Position numbers and translations under genes: made by a program
Assembly (NCBI RefSeq): GCF_006345805.1
Contig: NC_042999.1
Span: 98,828,001 to 98,892,000, forward strand
Reading direction: 5' to 3'
DNA: 64,000 bases
From: Octopus sinensis
Taxonomy: Eukaryota
Shown: positions 36,496-50,219 of the stretch, in pieces
Position numbering within the stretch: the first letter of the stretch is position 1
Layout of the letters: each line of letters opens with the position of its first letter
The notes under the pieces: model-generated
Databases searched by the model: none
What the model saw: only the letters and a program-made list of their open reading frames with translations
What the model was told of the DNA's origin: nothing

Positions 36496-37329
36496 AAGAT
36501 TAAACTATTTTGGTTATACAGTCTTGAAGAGGTTATATTACATTGAGTTTTTATTTAATTGTTAATTTTTCTTTCACTACACTAGACATTGATTGTATTG
36601 GATAATGTTTAAACTACAGTGTACTTCTTTCTGCACCTTCTTTCTTCTGATCATATGTTTACAATAGAGTTTAGTCGAAACTAAGGCTAAAAGGCTGTAA
36701 ACTTACCTTTAATGTGAAATTGCTTCAATAAAATCCTGAATTTAGAGCTCATTTGAATTCCAAGTAAATATCCTCTTGAAAACTATTAATTGCCTTTGGT
36801 CTGCCTATTCTTCTAATTCTGAACATTCACTGTGACTTACATACATGTGTGTGTTTGTGTGTGTGTGTGCAGACAGACACACATACAGATACATGCACAC
36901 ATAACACACACATGTAAGGTAAGTGCATGTGTAGTTATGTATGTATGTGCACGTGTTGAATAAAAGTAAAATGGTATGATGATACGATACGTAAGATTTT
37001 ATTTCTTTTAACTAGTTTGTGCAAATTCAGTGCACCTGCAGTTCAGTGATTACTTTCATCTTTATAGTAATCATAGTATGTAATTTGCTTGATAAATCTC
37101 AGATGCCAAACACAATTTATGTAAACATATTATTAGCTTGATGTAAATGTTAATGTCTTTCACTGAAGTGCATGCACACACACATACACACACACATTAG
37201 AACCATACAAACTTTTCAAGCTGAGAGGTATATGGTTCTGATGAAGACAAATATCAGCTTTATGTGTAACTAAAGATATTATTTGGAAAATTCCAGTTGG
37301 AGATAATATAACAATCCATTGGGACTTCA

Positions 37330-39120
37330 ATGCACGAGTAAGTGAAAACTTTGAAATATGGAGCTGTTTAGAACATCATGAGATGAAGCATAGTCAAATT
37401 CCAATAGTCTATTTTTGCCACAAATGTATGTGCACAATCTTAAAAATGGAAATGCTCTTGATACTTTTAGTATTCCAACAGAAGTGATCAGATTATGGGG
37501 AAGGAAGTGTCTGGAGCTTCTGCACATTCTTATATATAATCTGTGGGAAAAAGATACAATTCTTCAAGAGAAGAAGAAGGTGTTACTGAACATGTTACAT
37601 GAAGGGAAAAGTGGCAAAGGCATATGCAACAATTCGTTAGGTATTTCTCTCCTCTGTGTTGTAGGGAAAATATTGAGTAGAATTAGGTTCATTCTACATG
37701 TTGTGATATCCCTTCTACTAAATCTCAAGCTTTTTATATGATATTCTCCACTTGTCACCTGAGAGAAAAATGCATGCATTGAACAGAGACTTGATCTCTA
37801 TCACTGCTTTATTGACCTCATCAAGGCCTCCTTGATTCAAGGAAAACATGATACATTATGGGTAATACTTAGACAAAGTCAGTTGTCCAGTTAAATTCAC
37901 AAATATTATGAAGTCCTTTCATGATGACTAAAGAGCATGTGTTGCAATGGCAGTGAATGTTAAGACTCTTTTTCAACCTGTGGTGGTCTGAAATGGGTTG
38001 TATAACTACTCCTGTGCTATTGGTAATATATTTCACAATTGCTTTTTCACTTGAAACACTTCAAGAATATTTGTATATGTTACGGCATAAGTGCTAAATT
38101 TCTCATCCTCAGACAGCTCAGTTGTTAATTACACCCTTCTGTATCTTTGATAAAATATTTCTTGCACCCTGACGATTATGCTATTTTCTCACAATGAAAA
38201 ATACTTTTAAACTCTCATTGGACATTGTTCGATCTAATATATTACATTAGCTTGTAAGATATTAAGCCTAACAATGACTGTATTGATGAAAATGTTCGTT
38301 CTTTATGAGATCTGCTGTGGAAAACCTTGTATGAGTCCTGATATAACACATAAAGTATATAACTACAAAATACAACTTTGAAAGCCATCTTCCTTCAAAT
38401 ATCATAGCTGTATGTTAAATATAGATGAATATCCTGTTGATGAAATTACAAGTAGAATCTAGGAATAGCTGGTTATCATTTGGAAAATTGCAATATTTTC
38501 TATGGTCTCAATATTATATACAAAATGACACTGAAGTATCTATCTTCAAAGAACATTTTGTCTATTTTTATTTCTTGTATTGCTGTGAAACATGGATATA
38601 GATATTATTTTTAAAGCCTGTTCATCATTTGGAACATTTTCAGCAAAGCGTTTTCAATAAACTTTGCATATATCTTGGAGAGATATTATGTGACTGATGT
38701 TGGTGTTTGGAGATAGCAAATATTGCAAGAAAGAAGCTCTCTTGCAAAATAACAGACTGAAGTATTCAAGCTATGTAGTTTGGAAGATTGAAGAATTCCA
38801 AAGCCTTTTCTCTATAGAGAACTATATTTTTGGGGAAATACCTTTTTTTTTTACAAATCAATGTTAAGATACAGGACTACCTTAAATCAGATTTGCAGAA
38901 AAGCAATATTTATATGGAAGTTTGGGAGGCTATTGCATCTAAAGAGACTCATGGAGAAAATTATAATCAATGTGTTCTTGCATTTTGAAAAGAAGCACCT
39001 TAAACATGCGAAATTAACAAGATGAAAGGTAACTCCATAGATAGCAATAAACCCTTCAAATATTTATGTTGTGGACAGATTTCTCTATCTAAGGCTGTTC
39101 ATGTTAGCCACTCACAAGTA
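37330..39120 (+). mobile_element. Heavily decayed RTE/BovB-like LINE (RT domain to C-terminus)
   Basis: LKNGNALDTFSIPTEV, GICNNSLGISLLCVVGKILSRI, LREKC..EQRLDLYHCFIDLIKA, CPVKFTNIMKSFHD, WEAIASKRDSWR in shifting frames. Confidence 0.75.
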
Positions 39121-40179
39121 CATGAATCAAAGTAATAGTAGTAGTATCGGGACATATGCTGTAATATCATGTCGCTGCATCCACCATTTGTTGATAATTC
39201 TCTTCTCTTGGTAGATGACATCTTTGCACCACCCTGGCAACAGCCCTGTATGGGTCTAGTTGTTGCTGGTAAGGGTTTTATTAGGTCAGAGTGCAAACCC
39301 TACCTCAACCTCTTTTAGTTATATTTTATGACATGCAGAGGAAATGTTGGGTGCATTTGTTGGCATGCCAATCTTCACACAACACTCGAGAAATGTGAAG
39401 TGAAGTGTTTTGCTCAAGAACACATGTCATCCAGTCTGAGAAGTGAACCCATGACCTGGTAATTGTGAGTGGAACACTCTGAACCAAGAAAGCTAATAAA
39501 TCTCTGTTGCTTGAAAAAGCTTATGTCTATCAATTATGCAATAAATGCTATTTTCCTACCAGTGAAAAGACACATGCCTGTACACAATGCCAAATGTAAT
39601 GATTCCATATTGCATTTAAATGAGAAGAGATAGCTGTGATAAAAGCTGCAAATCATCAGCTGTGTTAAAATGTCATCTTCATTAAGAAGTAGTAGTCACA
39701 CTCAATATTGAGTCAATTCCCATAAAAAAAATGTATGTATGTATGTATGTATGTATGTATGTATGTATGAGTGTGTGTGTGTATTTGTTTATATGTATTT
39801 AGATATATGTGTGTGTGTGTATGCATGTATATATGTATGTTGCTAAGTAGATATGTGTGCATGTCCATCTCATCATGACATCGCTTGCTAGTTTGAAAAT
39901 ATCATACAAGCAGTGTCATTCAACTGCAATCATCTGTAAAAACATGTTTTGCCATGGTGTTGTTCATGTTCAAAGTGCTTGGGGGAATATTTCTCTTGAA
40001 AGCAAGTGAAGGTTAACTACGGAGACAGCATTAGGTCATAGAAAATCTGCCTCAACAAATTCCATCTGACCCATGCAAGAATAAAACAGTGAATGTTAAA
40101 ATGTTGACCAAGATACCTGATGCCTTGCTGTACTCCATAGCAGAAGTGTTACAGCCACTTTCTCTGGGGAAGAGGATTG

Positions 40180-40385
40180 ATCTGCAAGAGTCCTGTGCTG
40201 GTGCCACATAAAATGTACTCGTGCTGGGCCCATGTGACAGTGTTCATGCCAGTGCCATGTTGGTGTTAGGAAGGGCATCTAGCTATAGAAACAAAGCTAA
40301 ATCAAACTGGAACATGGTGCAGCTTGTCAGCGCTATTCAGACTGTCCAACCCAGCATAGAAAACATGTTAAAGGATGATGATAGT
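40180..40385 (+). repeat. Short copy of RTE 3' tail
   Basis: ggtgttaggaagggcatctagctatagaaac...gtccaacccagcatagaaaacatgttaaaggatgatg. Confidence 0.75.
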
Positions 40386-40635
40386 ATATATATATATATA
40401 TATATAAATATATAGTGCATTTTTGGTAATCTACCTTTAACTTTCATCCCACATTCCAGATGAGAGCTAAGGGTAGATTACCAAAAAACACACCATTGAA
40501 AGGAACCAGCTTTGGCATTTTACTTAGAGAAATTCACTAGCTGCCTGGATTTCATATCCCTTCTCTTGCTATATATATATATATATATATTGATTTTGAT
40601 TTTTCCAGTTTCAGCTAATGAGCTGGGGCACCACC

Positions 40636-40675
<40 letters not shown>

Positions 40676-41389
40676 ATATATATTCTTTTATTCTTTTATT
40701 TGTTTCAGTCATTTTACTGCAGCCATACTGGAGCATCACCTTGAAGGGTTTTAGTCAAACAAATCAACCCCAGGGCTTATTCTTTGTAAGCCTAGTACTT
40801 ATTCTAATGGTCACTTTTGTCGAACCGCTAAGTTATGGGGACATAAACACACCAGCTTTGGTTGTCAAGTGAAGATGGGAGGACAAATGCAGATACACAC
40901 ATACTTATTTCTTTCAGTTTCCATCTACCACATTTACTCAAAATGCTTTGATTGGCCTGAGGCTATAGTAGAAGACACTTGCTCCAGGTGCCACACAGTG
41001 GGACTTAACCCGGAACCATGTGGTTGGGAAGCAAGCTTCTTGCCTCACAGCCACGATACGTTTACGATTATGCATTTGGATATGTATATATGTGTGTGCG
41101 CATGTGTGTGTACATATATATGTGTGTGCATGTATTTTCATGACTGTGTAAATATGCATGTACACATTATTCAAACAGATGTTTCATTTGAATCTTTAGA
41201 TTCTTTTTCAAACTTGTTGCCAAGAATTGGCTTAGAAGTTTGAATATTAACATAGGATTTGAGAGCAGATGTTGTTTATGTTAGCATATGTCTTCCAATG
41301 CTAATCAAGCATTATTTTTAATTTGGTATACTTAGGGAACCATAACATGGATTGCCTAAGGAAACAACAGAGTGCTTGTGACAGTTTAA

Positions 41390-41610
41390 CCCTTTAGCAT
41401 TTAAACCGGCCATATCCGGCCAAAAGTATCCAGCCTGTTTTATGTTCAAACTGGCCAGATCTGGTCTCTCAGACCAACCCTACAATATTGTTTTAAAAAT
41501 TAACAGCTACCTCATAAGAATCTCAAAGCTACAAGATAATGCATGATTAGTTCAAAACAATGTGGATGAAGAAGCATTAATTTTGGCAGAATAATGTGAA
41601 CACTAAAGGG
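41390..41610. mobile_element. piggyBac-type non-autonomous MITE (221 bp)
   Basis: TTAA|CCCTTTAG ... CTAAAGGG|TTAA: TTAA target duplications at 41386-41389 and 41611-41614 with CCC/GGG termini. Confidence 0.85.
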
Positions 41611-42310
41611 TTAAATCCCCATCTTGATAATCCCAAATTCAATGTCTGAAACAAAAACATTTTTCTGGGACAATTACAACACAGAGAAGTGTGTCTGGTG
41701 AATGATTCATGGTGCAGATGTAAAACTCACATGTTAATAAAATTTGGAGTTGAAGCATTTAATGATATATATAAATGAGAAAGATGTGAGCTACAAGTAT
41801 GATTAAAGAATCAAATTCTTTCGTGACAGATCCTGCAATTTCAATTTAACTTTTCTTCATTTGCTCATTCATAATGTTAAGAACTTTTCTTTGGACTTAT
41901 CAACTTTTTCAATGACTTGAATTTTAAATGAAGTACTATAATTGGAAAAAAATCTTAAAAACTAATATGTGGTCTTTTTATCCACAAAGAAAAATCATAA
42001 GAGTCACTGGTGTTAATAAAGCTGAGCTTACTTTCTGAGGGTGTAGCATTGAGTGAATGAAATATTTTTTAATCTGAACAAGCTGACAGTTTGTTGTAGT
42101 TATTCCCAGATTCTCTACCACTGATTTTCTACAGTTTGTGAACGTGATTTAAAGCACATTCAATTTAGATATATTAATCAAAGGTATGGTGAAGCATCTG
42201 TGGTCGATACACTCATGTTATGCGTATGAACTGGTTGCCCAGAAACTTGTCCCCTCACCTGTTTAGTTTCAACTTATTTCTCAGGTACTCTTTTATATTT
42301 TTTGCTAACT

Positions 42311-42600
42311 CATCATCATTGTTTAATGCCTGCTTACCATGCTGGCATGGGTTAGACAATTTGACAGGAGCCAGCCAGCTGGAGAGCTGTCGAGGCTCCA
42401 ATTGTTTGTTTGGCTTGGTTTCTATGACTAGATGCCCTTTCTAATGCCAACTACTCTACAGAGTATGTTGGATGCCGTTTACTTGCTACCAGTATGGGTG
42501 CATTTACGTGGCACCAACACAAATGCACTTTATATGGCACAGGCATAAGTATTCTTTATGTGGCACTTGCATGAGTACATTTTACATGGCACTGGCACCT
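42311..42600 (-). repeat. RTE 3'-tail copy with short internal tandem units
   Basis: catcatcattgtttaatgcctgcttaccatgctggcatgggttagac...gatgccctttctaatgccaac, then repeated tttayrtggcac units. Confidence 0.7.
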
Positions 42601-43077
42601 GCAAAACAAAGATCTCTCAGCTGAGAGAGGGAGTGAGGGCATAGCCATAAAGGACATGCCTCTATGTATTGATGGTCATGATTACACTTAGCTTGATATG
42701 CCTTTCAAGTACAATGATCACCACAAGTTTTGGTCTTATGTCATCTCCCCAGTGAGGTGCAGAAATCCTTTTTACTTCAACTTAACCTGCTGGGAATTGC
42801 ATAATTATGATAAGTTAGAAATAAAGCTAGCCTGTACTGATGTTCTCTGTGGTTGGAACAGAGATAGAGGAAGCATTGTCACCAGGAATTTGAGGAGGAT
42901 GGAAAATGTTAGCAAAGATGCTACCTCTGTTAGCAACAAATGGTTTACATCCATTTAAATATGACGGTATGTAAAGCAAATATTTGAAGTGTGATGTTAT
43001 ATAGTAGTGAAACTTGACAGCTGAATTCAAAATATCTAAAGAGATTAGAATGAAATAACCTAAGTATAATCTTTCAG

Positions 43078-43142
43078 ATATGCAGTCTTAAATATGAGAA
43101 AAGCTCAAAAGAAGGGAGTTGAGAATAGTATCACTGCTATGG
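43078..43142 (+). CDS. Candidate exon (YAVLNMRKAQKKGVENSITAM), product unknown
   Basis: taatctttcAG acceptor, TGG|GTATGT donor, a single open frame. Confidence 0.35.
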
Positions 43143-44628
43143 GTATGTGTGCACTTCAGTTGCAGCATATTATTTCGGGTGATGAAAACATTTAATGATT
43201 AGTTTGTTAAAAAACTTTTCTTATAATTTCAATGATCCTGAGTTTTTTCTTTAAATAATGTCAAAATATTTGAGGTTAGAAAAATTATGAAAAATGTTTC
43301 TCTATTGGATACGCATATTTCTTAGACTGACTGTACATTCTAGTTAGTAGTAGACCTGTCATTTTGTATTTTTGGAGCTCTCCATGGCATTCAAAATATT
43401 TTGTAGTTTTATTGCTAACAACATTTCTGGTTTCATCTTCTGATATTCCAAAAATACTATTCAAAGATTGGTGCATTCTTTTCTATATATTACTTTGTAT
43501 TTTCATAGTTAAAATTGCATAGTTTGCCCTAGTTAATTTTTAATCAGTAGTCTTACATCTCTGTTTTTATGGAATGCTGGGTTATGTCTGGTAAGGCATA
43601 TAATTGACAATAATAGGGATTTTAATAGCCTTGTGCATTGGTGGAAAGATCCTTTGAATTCTTGACCTCTGTTTCTTTCTTTTGTATGTGGAAGAAGTGT
43701 CTAAATTTATCATCAAGTGTCATTTAATAGTACATAGTATAGTGTTATAAGAGCATAATCTTTATAACCTTGTCTGGAAACAAAAGTTTGTAAGTTCAAA
43801 CCTAGCCTGTGCCTTTGTACACACACACACACACACACACACACACCACACACACACACACACACATGTACAGTACCTGATGACTACATAATTGAAATCT
43901 ATTTTTATACCAAAATGAAAAACAACAAAGATGTGTTGGTAGTGGTGGCTTCTATACAGTCATTCAAGCTGCTAGAAATTGCAGTCAGTGAAGCCAAGCC
44001 ATCCTCAAATTGCACTCTGTGTTTTAAGATAAGAAAAAGAAGGAAGTACATATTGGATATGTCTTTTAAAAAATGGGATAATTACCAACAGAATGTCTTT
44101 GGTCATAGGGTTTATTCAGTCATGGCTGACCCAGGTCTATGCAGCAGTAACAGCAACTATAGAGTAATAAAAGCAAATGATGAGTTTAAAAATCTGATGA
44201 GTGTTACCATAACTCAACTTAGGCACATTGGAATTTTAAGTATTAATAATATGTTGACAGTAATGAAAACATATTTGGAATTAAGTGAACAGAAATTCCC
44301 CGGAAAATATGTAATATGGTAACAACTGAAGGGACAAACCTATAGCATTTTGTAACAGAATAAAGCAGTAATATAGCACCTTTTTTTCCCAGTGTTTTTT
44401 CTATGCTGTACAAAGCTACTGTTATTCAAAGAAGGTAGGTAATGTGAAATAGCTATGCAAAAATCCATAAAATTAAGGTTGAATTTTTTCATGGCTAATA
44501 TAAACATGATTCTGATGAATAAAAAGAAACCATATGGCATTGTATTCTTCCACCTGAATATCTTAATGACTTCTTAGGTTAAAACATTTTACTAAATTCT
44601 CATTTTTTTTGTATTATTTTTTTTTTAG

Positions 44629-44699
44629 CATTGCTGATATATTTGAGTGTTTCCTCTGAAAAGTACTATTTTGACTGGATGTCAGCCAAAAATGTAAAG
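44629..44699 (+). CDS. Candidate exon (xLLIYLSVSSEKYYFDWMSAKNVK), product unknown
   Basis: Long T-tract AG acceptor, AAG|GTAGTT donor, a single open frame; phase-compatible with 43078-43142. Confidence 0.35.
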
Positions 44700-45596
44700 G
44701 TAGTTTATTGAAAGAATAGTGATGTGTGGGTGTGATACAAATATGCTGTTCTTTACTGGAAACTTCAGTTTATAAAAGAGGAGAGAGTGAGTGAGAAATT
44801 GAGAAAGAGAGAGGGGGAGAGGGAGAGAGAATAGAGAAAATGAGAAAGGTCACATGTTCTTTAACAGGCAAGCTGTTTAAAGATCCTTATGGAATTTGAG
44901 GAAAGTCTTGTATGATTAGATTAAATATTGTTTCTATTGTATTATAAATATTTAAGAATCCATGTAAATTCAATGTCAACTAAAACAGAACTGGTTGGTA
45001 TTATGTGCAAGGAAATAACTAAATCTCTTCTTTATTTTTGTGATTGCTTTTCCACTATTTTACACATGCTCTTTTAGATTTGGATTTAGTAAATCTTGCT
45101 AAACAAATCTTAGCTAAATTTTACATCACTTTGCTCCAATTCCTAAATCCTACCAAACCATCATAGTTTTCACAAGCTGCTAGTATTAACTCTTTCATAT
45201 GATGGAACTTTTATGATATTTGGTTTGAATAGCACACTACCTTCCATCAACTAATAACTCATAAAAATCGACAAAGGACATGGCACTTGTCCAAAGAAAG
45301 TATATGGTATATAGTTCAAGAAGAATGAAGATGTTCACAGCTATGTCCTTCTTTGTTCTGAGTTCAAATGCTACTAGGGTTATTTCTTGTCTTTCATGCC
45401 TGTTTTACTCAATAAAATATTTACTAGTATCTTAGAATACGGTTCAGTTAACTATATAGCCTACTTTGCAATTTCCTTGTTATGTTCCAAAGTTATAAAT
45501 CAATATTTTAAAGTAAGTATTGAAAATTTTCAGTTGTTCTTTATTACATACACAGATGTACATATGTATAATGTAAATGTATGTGAGTGAGTGAGT

Positions 45597-45752
45597 GTAT
45601 GTATGTATGTATGTATGTATGTATGTATGTATGTATGTATGTATGTATGTATGTATGTATGTATGTATGTATGTATGTATGTATGTATGTATGCATGCAT
45701 GCATGCATGCATGTATATATATGTATGAATGTGTGCATGTGTGTGTGTGTGT
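45597..45752. repeat. (GTAT)n then (GCAT)n/(GT)n microsatellite
   Basis: Direct inspection. Confidence 0.95.
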
Positions 45753-45753
45753 A

Positions 45754-45913
45754 GATCAAAACCGTTTGATTAAAATTCGTTGGTATTCTCGAGTTTCAAG
45801 TGTGATGCTAGTCAGCCATTTTGAATTTTTTAATTCAAATTCTTTGACTGAAGACTAGCATCACACTTGAAACTTAAGTGTACCAACCGAATTTGGATCA
45901 AACTGTTTTGATC
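45754..45913. repeat. Palindromic element with ~60-bp imperfect arms
   Basis: gatcaaaaccgtttgatt...gagtttcaagtgtgatgctagtc vs gactagcatcacacttgaaactt...gatcaaactgttttgatc. Confidence 0.85.
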
Positions 45914-45971
45914 CATACATGTAAAGCCCAATAAATTTGTTGAGTGCCCTTCTTTCATTTATCTATTTACT

Positions 45972-46057
<86 letters not shown>

Positions 46058-48029
46058 CACACACACACACATATATATATGGGCTTCTTTCAGTTTCCAT
46101 CTACCAAATTCACTCCACAAGGCTTTGGTTGGCCTGAGGCTATAGTAGGATACACTTGCCCCAAGTGCCTTGCAGTGGGACTGAACCTGGAACCATGTGT
46201 TTGGAAAGCAAGCTTCTTACCACACAGCCACTCTTGCGCTTATGTATTCACACACACTCACACACACATATATATATGTATATGATACTGTAGTGTCAAA
46301 TGAAAGTACGAGCACTCATGGAAGAGAATATATCCACATAACACACTGAAATATGCAAGTTTTCCCCAGATTTTCATGTTAAACATCACCATGTGAGATT
46401 CAAATTTAGAAAATTGGCTGATACAATCTTCAGGCACTTATGCATTGTTTAATTAAAAAATCTGTGGTGGAAAGGTTTGTGTCTCTTATAACATACATGC
46501 TATAATTGGAACTTGAGTACTCTTTTTCACCACTTGTTGAATAAATAACAACATGAAGGTTATACCCATTGAAGGTTATGAAGGTTATATACATTGGCCT
46601 TACAAGTTTAAAATTGAAATTGCTGTAGGCCTGCATTAGACAGAAGATGCTGAGCAATGTACCTATAGCCCACAATAGTATATATTGTTATTATTTTTGT
46701 CATCAACATTGTTTATATGCCTGCTTTCCTCCTACTGAGATCAATTGATTGAGACTAACTGGGGCAATATTCTATGATCAGACACCCTTCCTGTTTAGTC
46801 TGACATTTCAAGGGTAGCATAGAGGAAAATGTTTGTTTTCAAAATTTGGGTTCAGGCAACAAATTTCGTGGTTATTGTAAGTTATAGCACAGAAAAGGAA
46901 GATTGGAATATGAATTTATTAATAAGATTTTGTCTAAGAGTTGTTAACAGATCAGAGATGAACCTAAGCAATGGGGGCTGTCATTGGTAGAATGAAAGGG
47001 TGTACAGGGGAAAAGTGAAAGGGACATTCTGTGGAAAATAAGCTGGTAAGGAATAATACTCAGAATATACTAAACAAAGCAAGTGGATCTAGGGATGGAG
47101 AGTAGGAGTTGAAATATATTTGAATTCACCCTGATATAGTTATAACAGCTGAGTGAATGGTTCAATAGTCAGAAGAGTGGAGGATTGGATATTAGGAAGA
47201 TGAGTTGTAGGAAAGAGATATATCAGGGACATAGCTGTAAATGATATGCTTTTAGGGCCTCATTTGTGCTGAGATGGATGGATTTTTTTCAATCACAGCA
47301 AATTGCCAATCATCTCAGTCTTTTTTATGTCCTCCATGATAGTCATATGTGTGTGTGTGTATATATGCATACATAAACACACACATACATACACACATTC
47401 ATACATGTCCCTGTACAGTGGACTTACACACAGTTTCTGTCTTCTAAATTCACTCAAAAGGCATTGATTATCCTGAGACTATAATAGAAGACATGTTTCT
47501 CTAGGTACTGCACTGTAGGACTGAAACCAAAGCCAGGTAGTTGCAAAGTGAGCTTTTTATCTACACAGCCATAGCTTAATTTTTAACGACTGATTAGGAT
47601 GTTATATCTTTTTAGGTAAAGATACTGCAACACAGTTTTACTTTTGTAAAATGAGTTAAAAATATCTGTTATTAAAATAACTTTTTCATTCCAACACATG
47701 GACCACTTAAATTAATGAAAGGAAATATTCTTTCAATTAAAATAAATAAATGAATAAATAAACAGGAAGTGTAAAAGAGCAAATTCCTTGCTTAATTTGT
47801 ATTTGCTTAAATGATATTTCTTATTTTGATTATCAAATAGCTGACACAAATTATCCATCTTCTATATAAAAGCTTAATTATTTTCATTTGTAATTTTGTC
47901 AAGCAATTAAAAATTATTTGTCAATTAAAGTTAGTGAGATTTTGTGTTTAATTAAGTCTTTGATTAATGGGGGATTTTCTGATTCTATGCCTTTTTCCTC
48001 TTCTTAATTCTTTGGATTACTTCCTATAG

Positions 48030-48107
48030 ATTGAACTTCTCACAGGACTTTCACTATTCACAAATCTTGCAGATGTTCACAAGTCAATTTTCATTATCAA
48101 GCAGTAG
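48030..48107 (+). CDS. Candidate exon, possibly terminal (IELLTGLSLFTNLADVHKSIFIIKQ*)
   Basis: About 50-nt polypyrimidine tract ending cctatAG; open in phase 0, which is compatible with 44629-44699. Confidence 0.3.
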   Translation: MELLTGLSLFTNLADVHKSIFIIKQ

Positions 48108-48431
48108 ACTGACATGCATTAAGCATGGCAATTTGATTGAATTGAACAATAATTCGACAACTACTACATCTTTAAAGATTTGTTATAAATTTAGAAAGCT
48201 ATTAGAATAGACAGTTTGCTAAATATATAATTTTTAAATGACATTTGTATGTATGGATTGCAACAAAGTATCTTTTATAGGTTACATTAATTGCATAGAA
48301 GCAATGATTTCCTGGCATTAGCTAAGAGAATATTGTCTCCATGTGCCAACTGATTTACATCATGAATTGAAAACTGAAATTTTGCACTGCTAGCCACCAT
48401 CATTGCAATAGCGAATAATACTTCACCTTTA

Positions 48432-48465
<34 letters not shown>

Positions 48466-49724
48466 GTCGTCATCTTCATCATCATAGAGTAAGTTTCAAA
48501 ACTGTTACCCCCGCAAAAAAAAAAAATTAAATAATCTGATAACTTGATTTTATTGAGGAGCAACAATTTTTGATACATTTTTATTTCTAAAAAAATGGAT
48601 AAATACAAGATTTCATATTGGTTTCAAATTTTAGCACAAGGCCAGAAATTTAGGGAAGGGGGCAAGTTGTACATTGACCTCAGTGACCAACTGGTTCTTA
48701 TTTTATCAATCCTGAAAGGATGAAAAGCAAAGCTGACCTTGGCAGAATTTGAGCAAAGAACATGAGGGCAGATGAAATGCTGCAAAGCATTTTGCCCATT
48801 TTGCTAATGATTCTGCCAGCTCACTGCCTTATATACAAAATTTCATAGTAACATGTACTGAATGTCTTTTCAAAATCACAAATTTGACCGAATTATTAAA
48901 CCACAACTTTATTTCCTTTCTGGATGTCCAGTTTTCAATGATTACTTAAATAATGTAATTGTCTAATATAATATAATTATTCAATATAATTATTGGCATT
49001 ATCTTCATCATCCTTATCGTAGCTATTTATCAAGATTATTGTCTGAAAGGATCTTCTGTATCAATTATTAATCACTGATATCTATCAATGCTAGCATAGG
49101 TTGGATATGTTTGTTACACATTTTTAAAAACATTTTTCTATTTCACTTTCCCTACATCATTCCACATATCATTCTGGATACTTAACCAAAAACGGCTGCT
49201 AAAATAGCAGCCAAATTTCTCTCAAATCAGACCTGGCTGTCTTAAGACACATTGTATACTGGAACACGTTAGTGAATGTGTTCTTCCTTTCCTAAGATTA
49301 TATGATGCTATTTATTGCAAATGATGTGACCATGTACAGACCCCATCAGTGAATCATGAAATGATGTTGGGTATTTTATGTTATGGCTTAGTTAGAAGAG
49401 GATGGAAAACACCCATGATTTATTTTTTTATGGAGTCCTATATAACTAGTGGAGTAAAAGGAATAGAAGAACAGGACTTGTTATATGCTGCAGAGGCAGT
49501 TTTCCTTAGAATGGAACACAGCAGAGGCAGTTTTCCTTAGAATGGAACCCTGTTCTAAATACTTTTAGAACACCTGCCTCTGCTTCTAATTTATGTCAGC
49601 TAGGTAACAAAAGCTATTAACTACTCAAAAAAGAGCTTTCCAAGCATAAAGAGAATCTATTTTCCATAAGCTTTTAATGCATATTGTCCTTGTGCCGTTA
49701 CTGCATATCAAGTCTACTTTCTGT

Positions 49725-49920
49725 TAGTCTCCTGTGCTCCCACGGTCCCTCTTGTGCATCAATACTATACACTGGGTTCACTACATATAATTCCTACATA
49801 CTCTTTTTTTCTGCATACTGAGCATGCTCATTTCCTTGATGGTACCAGAATCCTGTTTGCTCTCCTACCTGTTAAAGCTTTAGTCTTTCTTAAGTTTACC
49901 TTAAGGCCTCTTGATAGTAG
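49725..49920 (-). mobile_element. RTE LINE fragment (post-RT cysteine-rich region)
   Basis: LLSRGLKVNLRKTKAL...LVPSRK*ACSVCRKK...TQC..MHKR resembles RTE LESKGLRVNxxKTK...GKWPCSVCRKGVG. Confidence 0.7.
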
Positions 49921-50219
49921 GTTTTGCTTTTAGTCTAAACATATCAAATCATATTAAATTAAAGGACATAATAGTCACATCTGGAATGCTTTTCCAACAC
50001 ACAATCAGTACTGAATAAGGGCTAGAGAAATTTGACTAACTTGGTTGTTGGAGTAAAGATTATTTGCCAACATAACATAGCATTTCTGGTTTAGGACGAA
50101 TGTTGCTGTAATTTAGCCCCAGGCAAAATTGTCCCTAGCTGGCTATACGACACGATCGATCTGTGTTCTCATATTTTTGAACAAGGGAATCTAGCACCCG
50201 AACTCAGCTCAAAACAATA

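Noticed and set aside
39563-39599. EKTHACTQC / KRHMPVH resembling C2H2 zinc-finger pieces
   Set aside because: The motifs are in different frames, a stop follows immediately and there is no complete C-x2-C-x12-H-x3-H unit.
43915-44322. 135-aa plus-strand ORF
   Set aside because: It begins in a dispersed repeat also seen near 51480-51560 and shows no recognisable domain.
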